The translations under genes were made by a program, and so were the position numbers. A stretch of 64,000 bases of DNA from Thermoanaerobaculia bacterium (GTDB lineage Bacteria; Acidobacteriota; Thermoanaerobaculia; Multivoradales; UBA5704), in the NCBI GenBank assembly GCA_044226625.1, contig JBGAGQ010000020.1, forward strand, positions 1 through 64,000, given 5' to 3'. This document shows, in pieces, positions 12,501 to 19,268 of this stretch (position 1 is its first letter; each line of letters begins with the position of its first letter). The notes beneath the pieces were generated by a model. It made no database searches and was not told where the DNA came from. It was given only the letters and a program-made list of their open reading frames with translations.

Positions 12501-15500
12501 CCTCCCTTGGCTCCTGAAACTCCCGCCCCTCCCTCGTCGATCAGCTCCGCCCGCTCGGCGGCCGAGAGCAGCGAGAGACCGCTGAGCGGAGCCTCCGGTC
12601 GCGCGATCGCCGATTCGACCAGCCGTTCGAGCCGCGCGAGCGCCCGTTCGATGGTCTTCGCCTCGAACAGATCGGCGTTCGCCTCGAGCGCCAGATGAAG
12701 CGAGGAACCGTGCGTGCCGTTCGACCGCGCGGCATGGAGCGCCCATTCGAACGGCACCCGCCGCTCGGGCAGGGCGAGCGCCCGCACGGTCTGCCCGGCG
12801 AGGTCGACGTGCGCCCCCTCGATTCCCAGCGCGAACGCCGCGAGCTCCCCCGCCCGCTCGAACGTCGCGGCGACCTGCGCGAGCGGCGGCCGAGAGGGAT
12901 CGCGGCGCGGCCGCAGCGCCTCGGCGAGCCGCGAGAACGGAGCCTCCGCCGCCGAGGCGACGGCCGCCGCCGAGGCGCCCCGGATCCGCATCGCATGGAC
13001 GGCGAACGACGGATCGCCGTCGATCTCGACCGGGATCGCCGCCGGTTGGACGAGGTAACCGATCAGCCTCTCGAGGCCCGCGTGCTGTCGACCCGAGGTC
13101 GGCGCGGCGATCGCGAACCGCGATTGGCCGGTGATCCGATGGAGATACGCGGAGAACAGCGCGACGAGCAGAGCGAAAGGGGTCGATCCCGTCGAGCGCG
13201 CGAGCCGGTCGAGGCCGATCTCGACCTCCGGGGAGAGCGGCTGCGCGCGGAGGAGCCCGCGGAAGCTCCGAACCGCCGGACGCGGCCGGTCGGTCGGCAG
13301 GTCGAGGTCCTCGACACCGGTGAGCGCCGCCCGGCGCGCCGAAAACACGGAGCCCTCGCCCGTCGGCAGCTCGACAAGGCGCTCGGCGCGCCAGGCCAGC
13401 AGATCGGCGAGCGAGATCTCCGCGGGAGGCGCCAGCCGGGCGAGCCGGCAGGAGACCTCCGCGGCGTAAAGAGCCGTCAGGTCCTCGACGAACAGCGCGA
13501 GCGACGCGAAGTCCGCCACCAGGTGATGGACCGCGAAGCCGATCGCCGTCTCCCCGCCCGGACGCTCGAGCAGCGCGAGGCGGACGAGCGGTCCCGTCGC
13601 AAGGTCGAACGGTTCGAACAGGAGAGCGCCGAGACGATCGGAGAGATCCCCGTCGCCTTCGACGTGCTGCTCGCGAATCAGGTCGATTCGAGGCGAAGCG
13701 AAGGTCTGGATCGCCGCGCTCCGCTCGCCGCCCGCTTCCGAAAAGACGGTGCCGAGCGCCGGATGGCGGGCGACGGCGCGCTCGGCCGCCGCGGCGAGCG
13801 CTTCGGCGTCGAGCCCCTCGGCGAGCGCGGCCACCGCGATCGTGTAGGCCCCCGGCGCGAGGCGTTCCGCCGCGAAGAGCGCTTCCTGTTCCAGGCCGAG
13901 CGGCAGGACCGTGGCGCCCGCGGCGGATCCAGCGCGAGGACCGGAAGAGCCCCGCGCCGCCGAGGCGCCGGCCAGCAGGTCGGCGAGGCTTCCACCGTCG
14001 AGCAGCTCGGAGAGCGGCAGGTCGACCCCGAGCGCCCGCGCCGCGACCGACAGCTCGACCGCCGAGAGCGAATCGAGCCCCTGGGCGGAGAGCGGACGGG
14101 CCGGATCGAACCGTTCGGCGGGAAGACGGAGGATGCGCGCCGCGACGGCGGAAAGGGCTTCGAGCGTCGGACGTTCCGCTCCGGATCCGCCCGCTGCTTC
14201 GTGGCGCGACGTGTCCGCCCGCCGGACCGCCTCGCCGAGAGTACCGGCGAGATAGGCGGCGCGCGCCGCGCCGCGCCGGACCTTGCCGCTCGTCGTCTTC
14301 GGAAGCGCCCCGGGCGCGAGCAATCTAACGTCCGCCACCTGGACTTCTTGCCGCTCGGCGATCGCAGCGCGCACGGAGTCGCCGATCGCCTCCGCCGTCG
14401 CGCGGGCGTGGCGCGAGACCTCGGCGACCAGGATCAAGAGTTCCTCAGTTTCCTCACCTTCAGCGATCGAGAACGCGGCCGATCCCCCGGCGATCAGATC
14501 CTCATGTGCTCCTTCGGCCGTCCGCTCGAGGTCCTGCGGGTAGTGGTTACGACCGCGGAGGATGATCAGGTCCTTGAGGCGGCCGGTGACGTAGAGCTCG
14601 CCCGCCACGACGAACCCGAGATCGCCCGTCCGCAGATAACGGTCGGTCGAGCCCGCAATCCGCGCACCGAAGGTCGCGGTGGAAAGCTCCGGCCGATTGC
14701 GGTAGCCCGCCGCGATCGACGGACCGCTCACCCAGATCTCGCCGATCCGGCCTTCCGCGCAGTGGCGCCCGAGCGACGCCGTCTGGCGGTCGTCCCCAAC
14801 CTCGGCTTCGACGATCGCGAGCTTCTGATCTCCCCACGAGGCACCGCAGGAAACCAACCGGCGCGCGTTGCGCGCCCCTTCCGCGGCCGGCCGCGCCTCG
14901 TTGGCTTCGAGCCCTTCCGCGTCGAACGCGGCGACGCGCGGCGGTCGGCCGAGCGTCGGCCCGGCGACGAACAACGTCGCCTCGGCAAGGCCGTAGCACG
15001 GATAGAAGGCCTCCTGCCGAAAGCCACTCGGCGCGAAGCGACGCGCGAAGGCGACGAGCGTCTCCGCCCGCACCGGCTCGGCGCCCGAGAAGGCGACCCG
15101 CCACGACGAAAGATCGAGCCGCGCGGCCTCCTCCTCGCTCACTTTGCGCGCCGCGAGCGCGTAGGCGAAATCGGGGCCGCCACTCGTCGTCGCGCGGTAT
15201 CTCGCGATCGCCTCGAGCCAGCGCGCCGGCCGTTGCAGGAACGCGACCGGCGCCATCAGGATGCAGCGCCCCCCACTCCACAGCGGTTGGAGCACGTTCC
15301 CGATCAGCCCCATGTCGTGGTAGAGCGGCAGCCAGCCGACCACGATCGAGCTCTCGTCCTGGTCGAACGCGGTCGCGATCATCGCGAGGTTCGCCGCGAG
15401 GTTCGCGTGGCTGACGATCACGCCCTTCGGCTCGGAAGTGGAGCCCGAGGTGTACTGGAGGAACGCGGTGGCGCTCGGGTCGATCTCGGGTAGCGACTGC

Positions 15501-16102
15501 GGGGACGAGGCAACTCCGCCTTGCGTCTCGGACAGCGCGATCCACGGGAGATCACGAAGCGCCGGCACACCGGCGGCGAGCGACGGTCCGGCCGCCGCGA
15601 TCTCGGCCGTCGTGAGCACCGCCCGGGGCGCGGCATCCGCCGCGACGCCCGCGAGGCGCTCCCCCTCGCGCTCCGGCCGGCGTAGCGACCGAGGGGGGTA
15701 GGCGGGAACCGCCACCACGCCGCCGAGCAGGCAGCCGAAGAAGCCGATGAGAAATTCGAGCCCGGGAGGGAACAGCAGGAGCGCCCGATCGCCGGTCGCG
15801 AGCCCCATGGCGTGAAGGTCGCGCGCCACCCCCTCCGCCCTCGACCGGAGCTCACCCCAGGTGAGCGACGCGGCTTCCGTTTCGCCGTCCGCGAGCCAGG
15901 TGTAGGCGAGGCGCCGAGGTGTCGCCTCCGCGCGTTCGATCAGGCGAACGACCACCGACGCCGTCCCAACCCCAATCGGCGGGAAAGCCTGAGGCTCCCC
16001 GGTTTCGATGCCGGGGGGCACGAAGTCGACGCGATCGTTCATCGAATCGTCGGGATCGGAGCTCGAGCTGCGATCGGAAGCGCGAGGCGCGCCGGGCTCC
16101 AT
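521..16102 (-). CDS. Lipopeptide NRPS: FAAL-ACP-C-A-T-C-A-T-C-T-C-T-C-A-T
   Basis: FAAL motifs (FLQYTSGSTSEPKG, WLPLYHDMGLIG); six carrier Ser motifs (GLDSL, GLHSL, GGHSL, GGGSL, GGHSL, GASSV); five HHxxxD motifs; three further A domains with YTSGSTG, YGPxE, TGD and GKxDR motifs. No E or TE domain. True start could be ATG 16042. Confidence 0.96.
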   Translation of the reverse strand: MEPGAPRASDRSSSSDPDDSMNDRVDFVPPGIETGEPQAFPPIGVGTASVVVRLIERAEATPRRLAYTWLADGETEAASLTWGELRSRAEGVARDLHAMGLATGDRALLLFPPGLEFLIGFFGCLLGGVVAVPAYPPRSLRRPEREGERLAGVAADAAPRAVLTTAEIAAAGPSLAAGVPALRDLPWIALSETQGGVASSPQSLPEIDPSATAFLQYTSGSTSEPKGVIVSHANLAANLAMIATAFDQDESSIVVGWLPLYHDMGLIGNVLQPLWSGGRCILMAPVAFLQRPARWLEAIARYRATTSGGPDFAYALAARKVSEEEAARLDLSSWRVAFSGAEPVRAETLVAFARRFAPSGFRQEAFYPCYGLAEATLFVAGPTLGRPPRVAAFDAEGLEANEARPAAEGARNARRLVSCGASWGDQKLAIVEAEVGDDRQTASLGRHCAEGRIGEIWVSGPSIAAGYRNRPELSTATFGARIAGSTDRYLRTGDLGFVVAGELYVTGRLKDLIILRGRNHYPQDLERTAEGAHEDLIAGGSAAFSIAEGEETEELLILVAEVSRHARATAEAIGDSVRAAIAERQEVQVADVRLLAPGALPKTTSGKVRRGAARAAYLAGTLGEAVRRADTSRHEAAGGSGAERPTLEALSAVAARILRLPAERFDPARPLSAQGLDSLSAVELSVAARALGVDLPLSELLDGGSLADLLAGASAARGSSGPRAGSAAGATVLPLGLEQEALFAAERLAPGAYTIAVAALAEGLDAEALAAAAERAVARHPALGTVFSEAGGERSAAIQTFASPRIDLIREQHVEGDGDLSDRLGALLFEPFDLATGPLVRLALLERPGGETAIGFAVHHLVADFASLALFVEDLTALYAAEVSCRLARLAPPAEISLADLLAWRAERLVELPTGEGSVFSARRAALTGVEDLDLPTDRPRPAVRSFRGLLRAQPLSPEVEIGLDRLARSTGSTPFALLVALFSAYLHRITGQSRFAIAAPTSGRQHAGLERLIGYLVQPAAIPVEIDGDPSFAVHAMRIRGASAAAVASAAEAPFSRLAEALRPRRDPSRPPLAQVAATFERAGELAAFALGIEGAHVDLAGQTVRALALPERRVPFEWALHAARSNGTHGSSLHLALEANADLFEAKTIERALARLERLVESAIARPEAPLSGLSLLSAAERAELIDEGGAGVSGAKGGPLQLIPEAVAARVAADPTAVAIVEAGRVLNYGDLWNRALALGGDLAARGVGAERFVALLAGRSAAAVIGQLAALLAGGAYLPLDPAHPDERLAFEIADSGAAIVLASREMLERARRIFSCPVLDLEAPGGRPLTRPANVAPEQAAYAIYTSGSTGRPKAVVVPHGALANLFAWHLATYRLTPSDRTPLLAGPAFDAAVWETWPPLAAGAALVAPEAGMRTDPERLPAWLERVEATVAFLSTPIAEACLAGTWALAKREPADSRPGRGLRVILTGGDRLRSNPPAGLPFALVNHYGPTENAVVATAGEVRAGDPREEEGAPSIGRPIDGVRAYVLDRAFDRNRQLAPFGEAGELALGGRGLARGYHRRPDLTAERFIPDPFSGEPGARLYRTGDRVRWKVDGNGSRVLDFLGRIDAQVKVRGQRIELGEIEAAILAAPGVSGAAAAVFGTGERARLAAYVVPTERAFDVERLKSALAARLPEAMIPSAFVELSAIPLTPNGKIDRRRLPEPSFGTGGEAYEPPKNATEEIVAGIFAEVLGTSRPIGRHEDLLGLGLHSLSAARAAARVGRAFERELPLVALFERPTVSGLAERLAEKLAKRLTEGDAGGEPLPRVRSGVRGQRSPLTFPQRRLWFLERLHPGRATYHVAGAVELRGKRNEGALEKTLIALVERHEALRTAIPNEEGEPYQIASAVSGALLPRVDLSALGPEAAESERLARELARRPFDLAAGPLVRFASLMFGPTRAQLVSVFHHLIADGASLDLFWGEFEAAYGAFCRGAAPNLPPAEIQLADVARWQTQHLTASRVREPLAYFRDRLADLEPLDLPADRARGARRTGAGRTLSARFGGGLGERLAARARSFGATPFMLLGAALHALLARLSGRAKTAIGTPVANRNAPELAGVFGFLANTLVLDLETGDDPTAPELLERMRAGALAAYAREELPFELLVEEIAPRRDLAQNPLFDVLLSLEPPLAPRRAGALELLPRRLDSGTAKLDLALAVVPAAAGFEIWAEYDTERFDGATIERWLAAWERSIEAIASGTPVRLSELPLLTDAERAQILAASDGGAAVPTPGLALLHARFFALAAERPGALAVVGAEERLTYGQLAARAQGFADVLRARGVAPEERVGVLLSRGPDLVASLLGVLAAGGAYVPLDPAYPEERLRFLLDDSGARICLVERGLAHLVPAEVALPIEDLIDHRETGRDLARVARPEPRHLAYLIYTSGSTGRPKSVAIDHGTAAGFISWSLSAFPADELQAVLFATSVCFDLSVFELFATLSSGGALVLADNALDLAVAAARHPVTLINTVPSALAELVRSEGLPASILAVNLAGEALPGTLVERIFASSPSVRRVNNLYGPSEDTTYSTWQEIRRGEEGPPPPIGQPLPGTSGYVVGRFGELLPAGVPGELRLAGAGLARGYLGRPDLTAERFVPDPFSGVPGARLYTTGDRSRLDLRDPHFGRPTLHYLGRIDNQVKVRGFRVELGEVEAALLAVPGVREAAVAVVGEGGDRRLAGFVAGEAETAAILAELKGRLPGYLVPGTLARLDTLPRLPNGKLDRKALGRLAAEEPGGAEYVAPRNRIEVALAEIFAEVLGREKVGVHDDFFALGGHSLLAARAAARVARRLGRELPVADLFEAPTVAGLGVRLAEGGAQAGSPVASLPLVACGRPKEGLPLAFAQERIWFLDQLAPGRPTYHLAGEVEIAGALDGAAPARLAAALARVVARHEVLRTAIRDGSAGPRQIARPVGSSIPPLPFADLRAVPAERRKNEGARLVQALGTLPLDLSRGVVLRTLLVGERPDEFRLALSLHHAAADGGSLGIFAAELAETWSASVEARAGRLPELPIQFADFAVWQREALDPERLETLLATWRERLSGLPLLDLPTDRDRPEARSGRGDVASRSISAAVVAGLDEAARRSSASRFQALSAAAFALLARLTGEPRIPLGTPVEIRPRVEVERLIGMFGNTLVLDVNLGDDPAAEALLARARDAVRFALAHRDLPFEVLVEDLSPRRDTARSPLFPVLFVLEEPLSPWQVGGVTFSPRRVDVGTARFDLTLDATPTPDGGLAISAEYDSDLFDRSTIDRWLAAYDRLLSFVSALSLGSGSPLSSVPVFRAEEEAELRLRRALRPSFLPARDAVDGGASESIGGDEIEATVAALFAEVLGRERVAVREDFFALGGGSLLAARLLARVREVFGARAATLPLARFFAAPTPAGLARELRANERRGGSPPTRRTRDPEGEPLSFAVERMEFLERLEPGTAAYHLPFVLGIRGGEPDRLAPRFAAALGAILSRHAPLRTRFVEVETLVGNSWITDVRGWEIPWSSRLLRMPRVDLRAVSNARASEARRIETAAARRPFAIGREPLLRALWLALAPREARLAATIHHLAADGASLALFARELGVLMEVAEAAEAGRPSPLPELPIAYADFAAWQREELARGALEPAFDLARAELAGAPERLDLPTDFPVDGMDRLRAGSRGGEVPVALSAALSTRLFARARSFGATPFQWTLAALASLLARVAGQDDLVIGVPVAGRTREEIEPLIGLFVNTVPVRLRTDGDPSFADLVLRARGAALSALSRGDLPLERLIEELGAATARRDGRPPLFSVLFTYQDRPLAPPNIPGLAIEIEELSTATAKLDLALALREVEGILVGRFEYDANLFARASVERWARSFVELLEAAVDDPSLPLSEIDRRLAPEPERRRPVAPHEPDSGAPSYEPPSGPIETKVAEIFGEVLGSVDAVGERQPIGAHDGFFALGGHSLLAARVLSAVRRRFGLALPLKALFERPTVRELAERIAAGVSAVSSPAKAVAASPPIVPLPSRAERPLSLAQERLWFLDRMGAGAAYNLPVALRLTGPLEPPRLAAAIAEVARRHEGLRASFPEREGRPRLAIAPPGLMALPAIDLASLDATPRAAEVRRLARDRARLPFDLAVGPLFRALLLRLASHPATNGGDHVLLFEHHHAVSDGASIGLLVAEVGEALAALSAGRAAALPALSIQVADYAAWQRRRWADALVGREASGETAGRVEGEETSRQIQFWRHELAQVPTVLDLPTDRTRPPVLSTRGLAVPLVWGLGLAERIEALARAQGTTAFAVLAAGFGALLARWTVASGRAPLLLGTPVSGRDRPEIEPLIGFFANVVPLRIDRVGLSGAEGSFADLLGRVRNRALDALAHAEMPFERLVEVVARDRDPSRPPLVQAALNWQAESPLRGARFGDLSLTVLADLEELDGSTIDAKFELLLSIERTPDGMAGRLEIAADLFDRTTAWRWVDQLGRLLAAAVDDPNGAPWGDLPMLGPGERHQVLVEWRAGHDPAEVSPWTERVAAWAERAPDRPAAFFGDAVLTFGALVSRSRALARRFRALDLRPEDRVAIALDRSFEALIAIHAILSVGCAYVPLDAGYPAERIAFVLADSACRALVAPREAGRSDERAWAFRIAARWAERLPTLTMPVVLLNDARIERVAAPGTDFENDVGDERKVPTAPAFDPARLAYVTYTSGSTGRPKGVAVSHGALEAYIASQTEVLGLGPDDRMPQFSSLGFDGSVEEIFAPLAAGGALSIRGTEVPGARELLRQFEERRVSVVFLSTAYWSQICAAIAAEDLRCPASLREVRFGGEAGHGDSVRDLLAREPALRLVNVYGPTETTVIAAGWPIPRTSDVPARLPIGRGMPHIRVAVVDAHFRPVPRGVVGELLLGGPSLARGYLDRPDLTADRFVPDPSTAEGDRGARLYRTGDLVRHLPGGDLEFLGRVEGPGGQVKLRGFRIELGEIEAALMTHPAVAAAVAGVERSDRFADRLVAWVAAPSAAPSPEDLLAHLAPRLPVQMIPAAIAVLPALPIAPGGKVDRRALPAFGAPEARTLEARSLEAPPAGGLEARLLGLWTELFGAAGLDDNFFDLGASSVSLVRFHSRVQVEIGREIPLVTLFQHPTLRRLAASLSETGGAEVEARQVEQLSAARLRSVERREGLAELERRRARVRRRI

Positions 16103-16202
16103 GAAAACCGGTTCGGCGCGGATCGAGCGTCCGGCGCATCGGCGGGCCCCCCGAGCCGGAGCCCATCATCCGCGGTCAACCTCAGAGTGCCGACCGGCCG
16201 CT

Positions 16203-16862
16203 TTATGGGGACTCTGAGAAGACCTTTTCAGACAGCCAGCGCGTGAGCATTCGCAGCGCTTCCGGGCGAATCTCGTGCGCCATCGCGAACTCGCGGTAGA
16301 GCATTTGGACGCCGAACGTTCGCAGCCGCTCACGGCTGTCGCGGGCGCGCTCGATCTCGATCATCCGATCCTCGGTCCCGTGGAAAACCAGGACCGGCAG
16401 CGCCTCGTGCTCCGGGAGTTTGGGGAGGCTGTCCGCCAACGGTTCGGGGAGCCAGGTCGAAAGGGCCGCAATGCCGCGGAATCGCGCCGGCTCGCGAAGG
16501 CCGAGCTCGAACGCCATCAGACCGCCCTGGCTGAATCCCCCCACGGCCAGCCGCTTCGGATCGATCGGATAGGTTTCGATCGCCTCGTCGAGCCAGGCGC
16601 GCAACGTACCCGCGCGCTCGCGGAACTCCGCCTCGTTCGGGGGCTGCCCCGGCACGAGCTGGAACCAGCCGTAGCCCTCCATCCCGGGACCGACCTGGAG
16701 CGTCACCTCGCCCTGGGGGCAAAGGACGAGCGCTTGCCCCCCGTGGAGATGCGGAGCCAGCCCGAGCAGGTCGTGGGCGCTCGCCCCCCAACCGTGGCAG
16801 AGGACGAGGGTGGGAAACGGGCCGTCGCCCGCCGGAAGGTGGGCCGTGTGCAGAAGCTTCAT
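16203..16862 (-). CDS. Phospholipase/carboxylesterase (alpha/beta hydrolase)
   Basis: HGWG oxyanion region, GFSQG nucleophile, HGTED Asp and MAHEI His. Confidence 0.88.
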   Translation of the reverse strand: MKLLHTAHLPAGDGPFPTLVLCHGWGASAHDLLGLAPHLHGGQALVLCPQGEVTLQVGPGMEGYGWFQLVPGQPPNEAEFRERAGTLRAWLDEAIETYPIDPKRLAVGGFSQGGLMAFELGLREPARFRGIAALSTWLPEPLADSLPKLPEHEALPVLVFHGTEDRMIEIERARDSRERLRTFGVQMLYREFAMAHEIRPEALRMLTRWLSEKVFSESP

Positions 16863-16941
16863 CCGCGCAGGATACCAGGCGCCCCCGCGGCCTCCGCTAT
16901 TGGAGCGAAATCCGAAGGAAATTCGAGGTCGGTGGCGCGAG

Positions 16942-17730
16942 CTACGGTACCGGAATCGCGGGCGCGATCGGAGCGAGGTCGGGCTCCCCCTCGTAGAGGA
17001 CCCGTTCGAGAAAGAGGCCGGACGGTGGCGCGGTCCAGGCCGCGGTGTTGGCGGCCCCGGGCACCGGCCGGGCCTCGAGCAGCGTCTTGAAGTCGCGCTC
17101 CGAGAGCTCGCCCGTCCCCGCTTTGACCAGGCTCCCGACCACCCGGCGCACCATCTTCCAGAGGAAGTGCGAGGCCTCGATACGAAAGAGGATCAGCGAG
17201 CCCAGGCGTTTGATCTCCGTGCGATGGACTACCACCTGGGTGCTGGGCTGGTCGTCGGGGCGCTCGCAGAACAGCCGAAAATCGTGGGAGCCCGGCAGCA
17301 GCGCGGCGACGCGCGCGATCCGTTTCGCGTCGAGCGGCTGTTTGACCCACCAGACGAAGCGCTTGGCGAGCGCCGTCCTGCGCGTCGAGATCTGATAGAG
17401 GTAGACCCGGGTGGTCGCGTGATGGCGCGAGTGGAACCGTTCGGCCGCGAGCGTGCACTGGTTGAGGTGAATGTCGCTCGGGAGCGATTCGTTCACCGCC
17501 CGGCAGAACTCGCCCGCGTCGACCGCCTGGGCGAGGCGCAGGTGCGCCACCTGGGCGAGCGCGTGGACGCCGGCGTCGGTTCGCCCGGCTCCTCCCAGCT
17601 CGCGGATTTCGCCCACGGTCTCTTCGATCGCGCGACGCAGCTCGCCCATCACCGTGCGGGCGTTCTTCTGCTCCTGCCAGCCGCTATAGCGGGTTCCTTC
17701 GTATTCCAGATTCAGTCGGTAGGTCGGCAC
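16942..17730 (-). CDS. truA: tRNA pseudouridine(38-40) synthase
   Basis: YEGTRYSGWQ, AGRTDAGVHA, FLWKMVRRVVG and APPSGLFL motifs. Confidence 0.93.
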   Translation of the reverse strand: MPTYRLNLEYEGTRYSGWQEQKNARTVMGELRRAIEETVGEIRELGGAGRTDAGVHALAQVAHLRLAQAVDAGEFCRAVNESLPSDIHLNQCTLAAERFHSRHHATTRVYLYQISTRRTALAKRFVWWVKQPLDAKRIARVAALLPGSHDFRLFCERPDDQPSTQVVVHRTEIKRLGSLILFRIEASHFLWKMVRRVVGSLVKAGTGELSERDFKTLLEARPVPGAANTAAWTAPPSGLFLERVLYEGEPDLAPIAPAIPVP

Positions 17731-17807
17731 GGAGCGAATTATCCCAGAAAATCCAAACCGGCCTCCCTACGTCCCGTTCCGGCGGGCCCGCTACACTGGT
17801 CTTCGGC

Positions 17808-19190
17808 ATGCCCGTCGAACCACCGACCTCCGCGCGATTTCCCTCCTATGACCGCCCCGGGCGCCGGCTGCGCCGTACCGCGAGCGTGCCACGGGAAGAC
17901 CGTGGCTGCGGCTGGATCGAGACGCTGCCGCCCCCTCCTCCCGCGCGAGTCTTCACTGCAACCGCGGGCGACGACGCCTCGTTCGACGCGGTCGTCGTCG
18001 GCGCCGGATTCTCGGGCCTCGCGGCTGCGCGCCGGCTGGCTGAGGCAAGTCCCGGAGGGCGGATCGCCCTGATCGACGCTCAGCGCGCCGGCGACGGCGC
18101 CTCGGGACGTAGCTCCGGCTTCGTCGTCGACCTCGCGCATTTCATCGCCCGGATGGAGCTCTCGGCGTCGCGCACGTTCGTCGCCCTCTCCCGCGCCGGG
18201 ATCGGCGACCTGCGGCACCTCGTCGCCGAGCACGGAATCGGCTGCGACTGGGACGACAAGGGCTGGCTTCACGTGGCCGCCGGCGAGCCGGCGATGGAGG
18301 CGCTGCCGGTCCTCGCGTCGTGGCTCGATCGGCTTGGCGAACCGTACCGGACGCTCGATGCTGCGGGGGTCGAGGAGGTCACGGGAACGTCGTTCTATCG
18401 CGGCGGCCTGCGCCTGCCGGGGAGCGTACTGGTCCAGCCCGCGGCGCTCCTGCGCGGACTCGTGGGAGCACTGCCGAGCCCGGTCGAGCTCTACGAGAAT
18501 TCGCCGGTCCATGAGATCCGGTGGGACGGCGCGGGCTTCCGGCTGCGGGTGGCTGGAGGCACCCTCCGCGCGCCTCTGGTGCTCGTCGCCGCCAACGGCT
18601 ACGCGCCGGCGCTCGGCGTGTTCGAGCGGCGGCTGTTCCCCCTCTACACCTTCGGCAGCCTCACCCGTCCGCTCACGCCGGAAGAGCAGGAGACCTTGGG
18701 GGGCGAGCGCGAATGGGGGGTGCTCGCCGAGGACGCCATGGGCTCGACCGTACGGCGCACCCGGGACCAGCGGATCCTGATCCGCAACAGCGCCCGCTTC
18801 ACCCGAAATCACGTGCTTCCCGAGGCGCCTCCGAAGGAGATCCTCGACCTCCATCGGGGGGCGTTCGACAAACGCTTCCCCCGGCTCGCCCACGTCCCCT
18901 TCGAGTACCAATGGAGCGGACCGCTCGGCGTCACCCCCGACCGCTCGATCGCGTTCGGCGCGCTCGAGCCCGGCCTCTTCGCGGTCGGGGGCTACACCGG
19001 CGCCGGCATCGCCATGGGCACGACCGCCGGTCGGCTGCTCGCCGATCTCGCGCTGGGCGAGAGGTCGGAGGAGCTCGCGGCGATGCTCTCGCTGTCGCGG
19101 CCGAAGCGTCTTCCACCGCAGCCCTTCCTCGACTGGGGCATCCGCTTCCAGGTCCGGCGAATGAACGCGTCGGCCGGCGCGACTCTCTAA
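17808..19190 (+). CDS. FAD-dependent oxidoreductase, DadA/PuuB-like amine oxidase family
   Basis: VVGAGFSGL, GASGRSSG, WSGPLG and GYTGAGIAMGT motifs. Confidence 0.85.
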   Translation: MPVEPPTSARFPSYDRPGRRLRRTASVPREDRGCGWIETLPPPPPARVFTATAGDDASFDAVVVGAGFSGLAAARRLAEASPGGRIALIDAQRAGDGASGRSSGFVVDLAHFIARMELSASRTFVALSRAGIGDLRHLVAEHGIGCDWDDKGWLHVAAGEPAMEALPVLASWLDRLGEPYRTLDAAGVEEVTGTSFYRGGLRLPGSVLVQPAALLRGLVGALPSPVELYENSPVHEIRWDGAGFRLRVAGGTLRAPLVLVAANGYAPALGVFERRLFPLYTFGSLTRPLTPEEQETLGGEREWGVLAEDAMGSTVRRTRDQRILIRNSARFTRNHVLPEAPPKEILDLHRGAFDKRFPRLAHVPFEYQWSGPLGVTPDRSIAFGALEPGLFAVGGYTGAGIAMGTTAGRLLADLALGERSEELAAMLSLSRPKRLPPQPFLDWGIRFQVRRMNASAGATL

Positions 19191-19268
19191 TCGAATCGAT
19201 CGACACGTGCGGCGCAGGCCACCTATGATCTGATCGCTTCCATCCAGAGAGAAGCGAAGGGAGGCTTG

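Noticed and set aside
7307-15493. Long plus-strand ORFs (772, 678, 932 aa) opposite the NRPS
   Set aside because: Antisense shadows expected from high-GC codon bias; no recognisable motifs.
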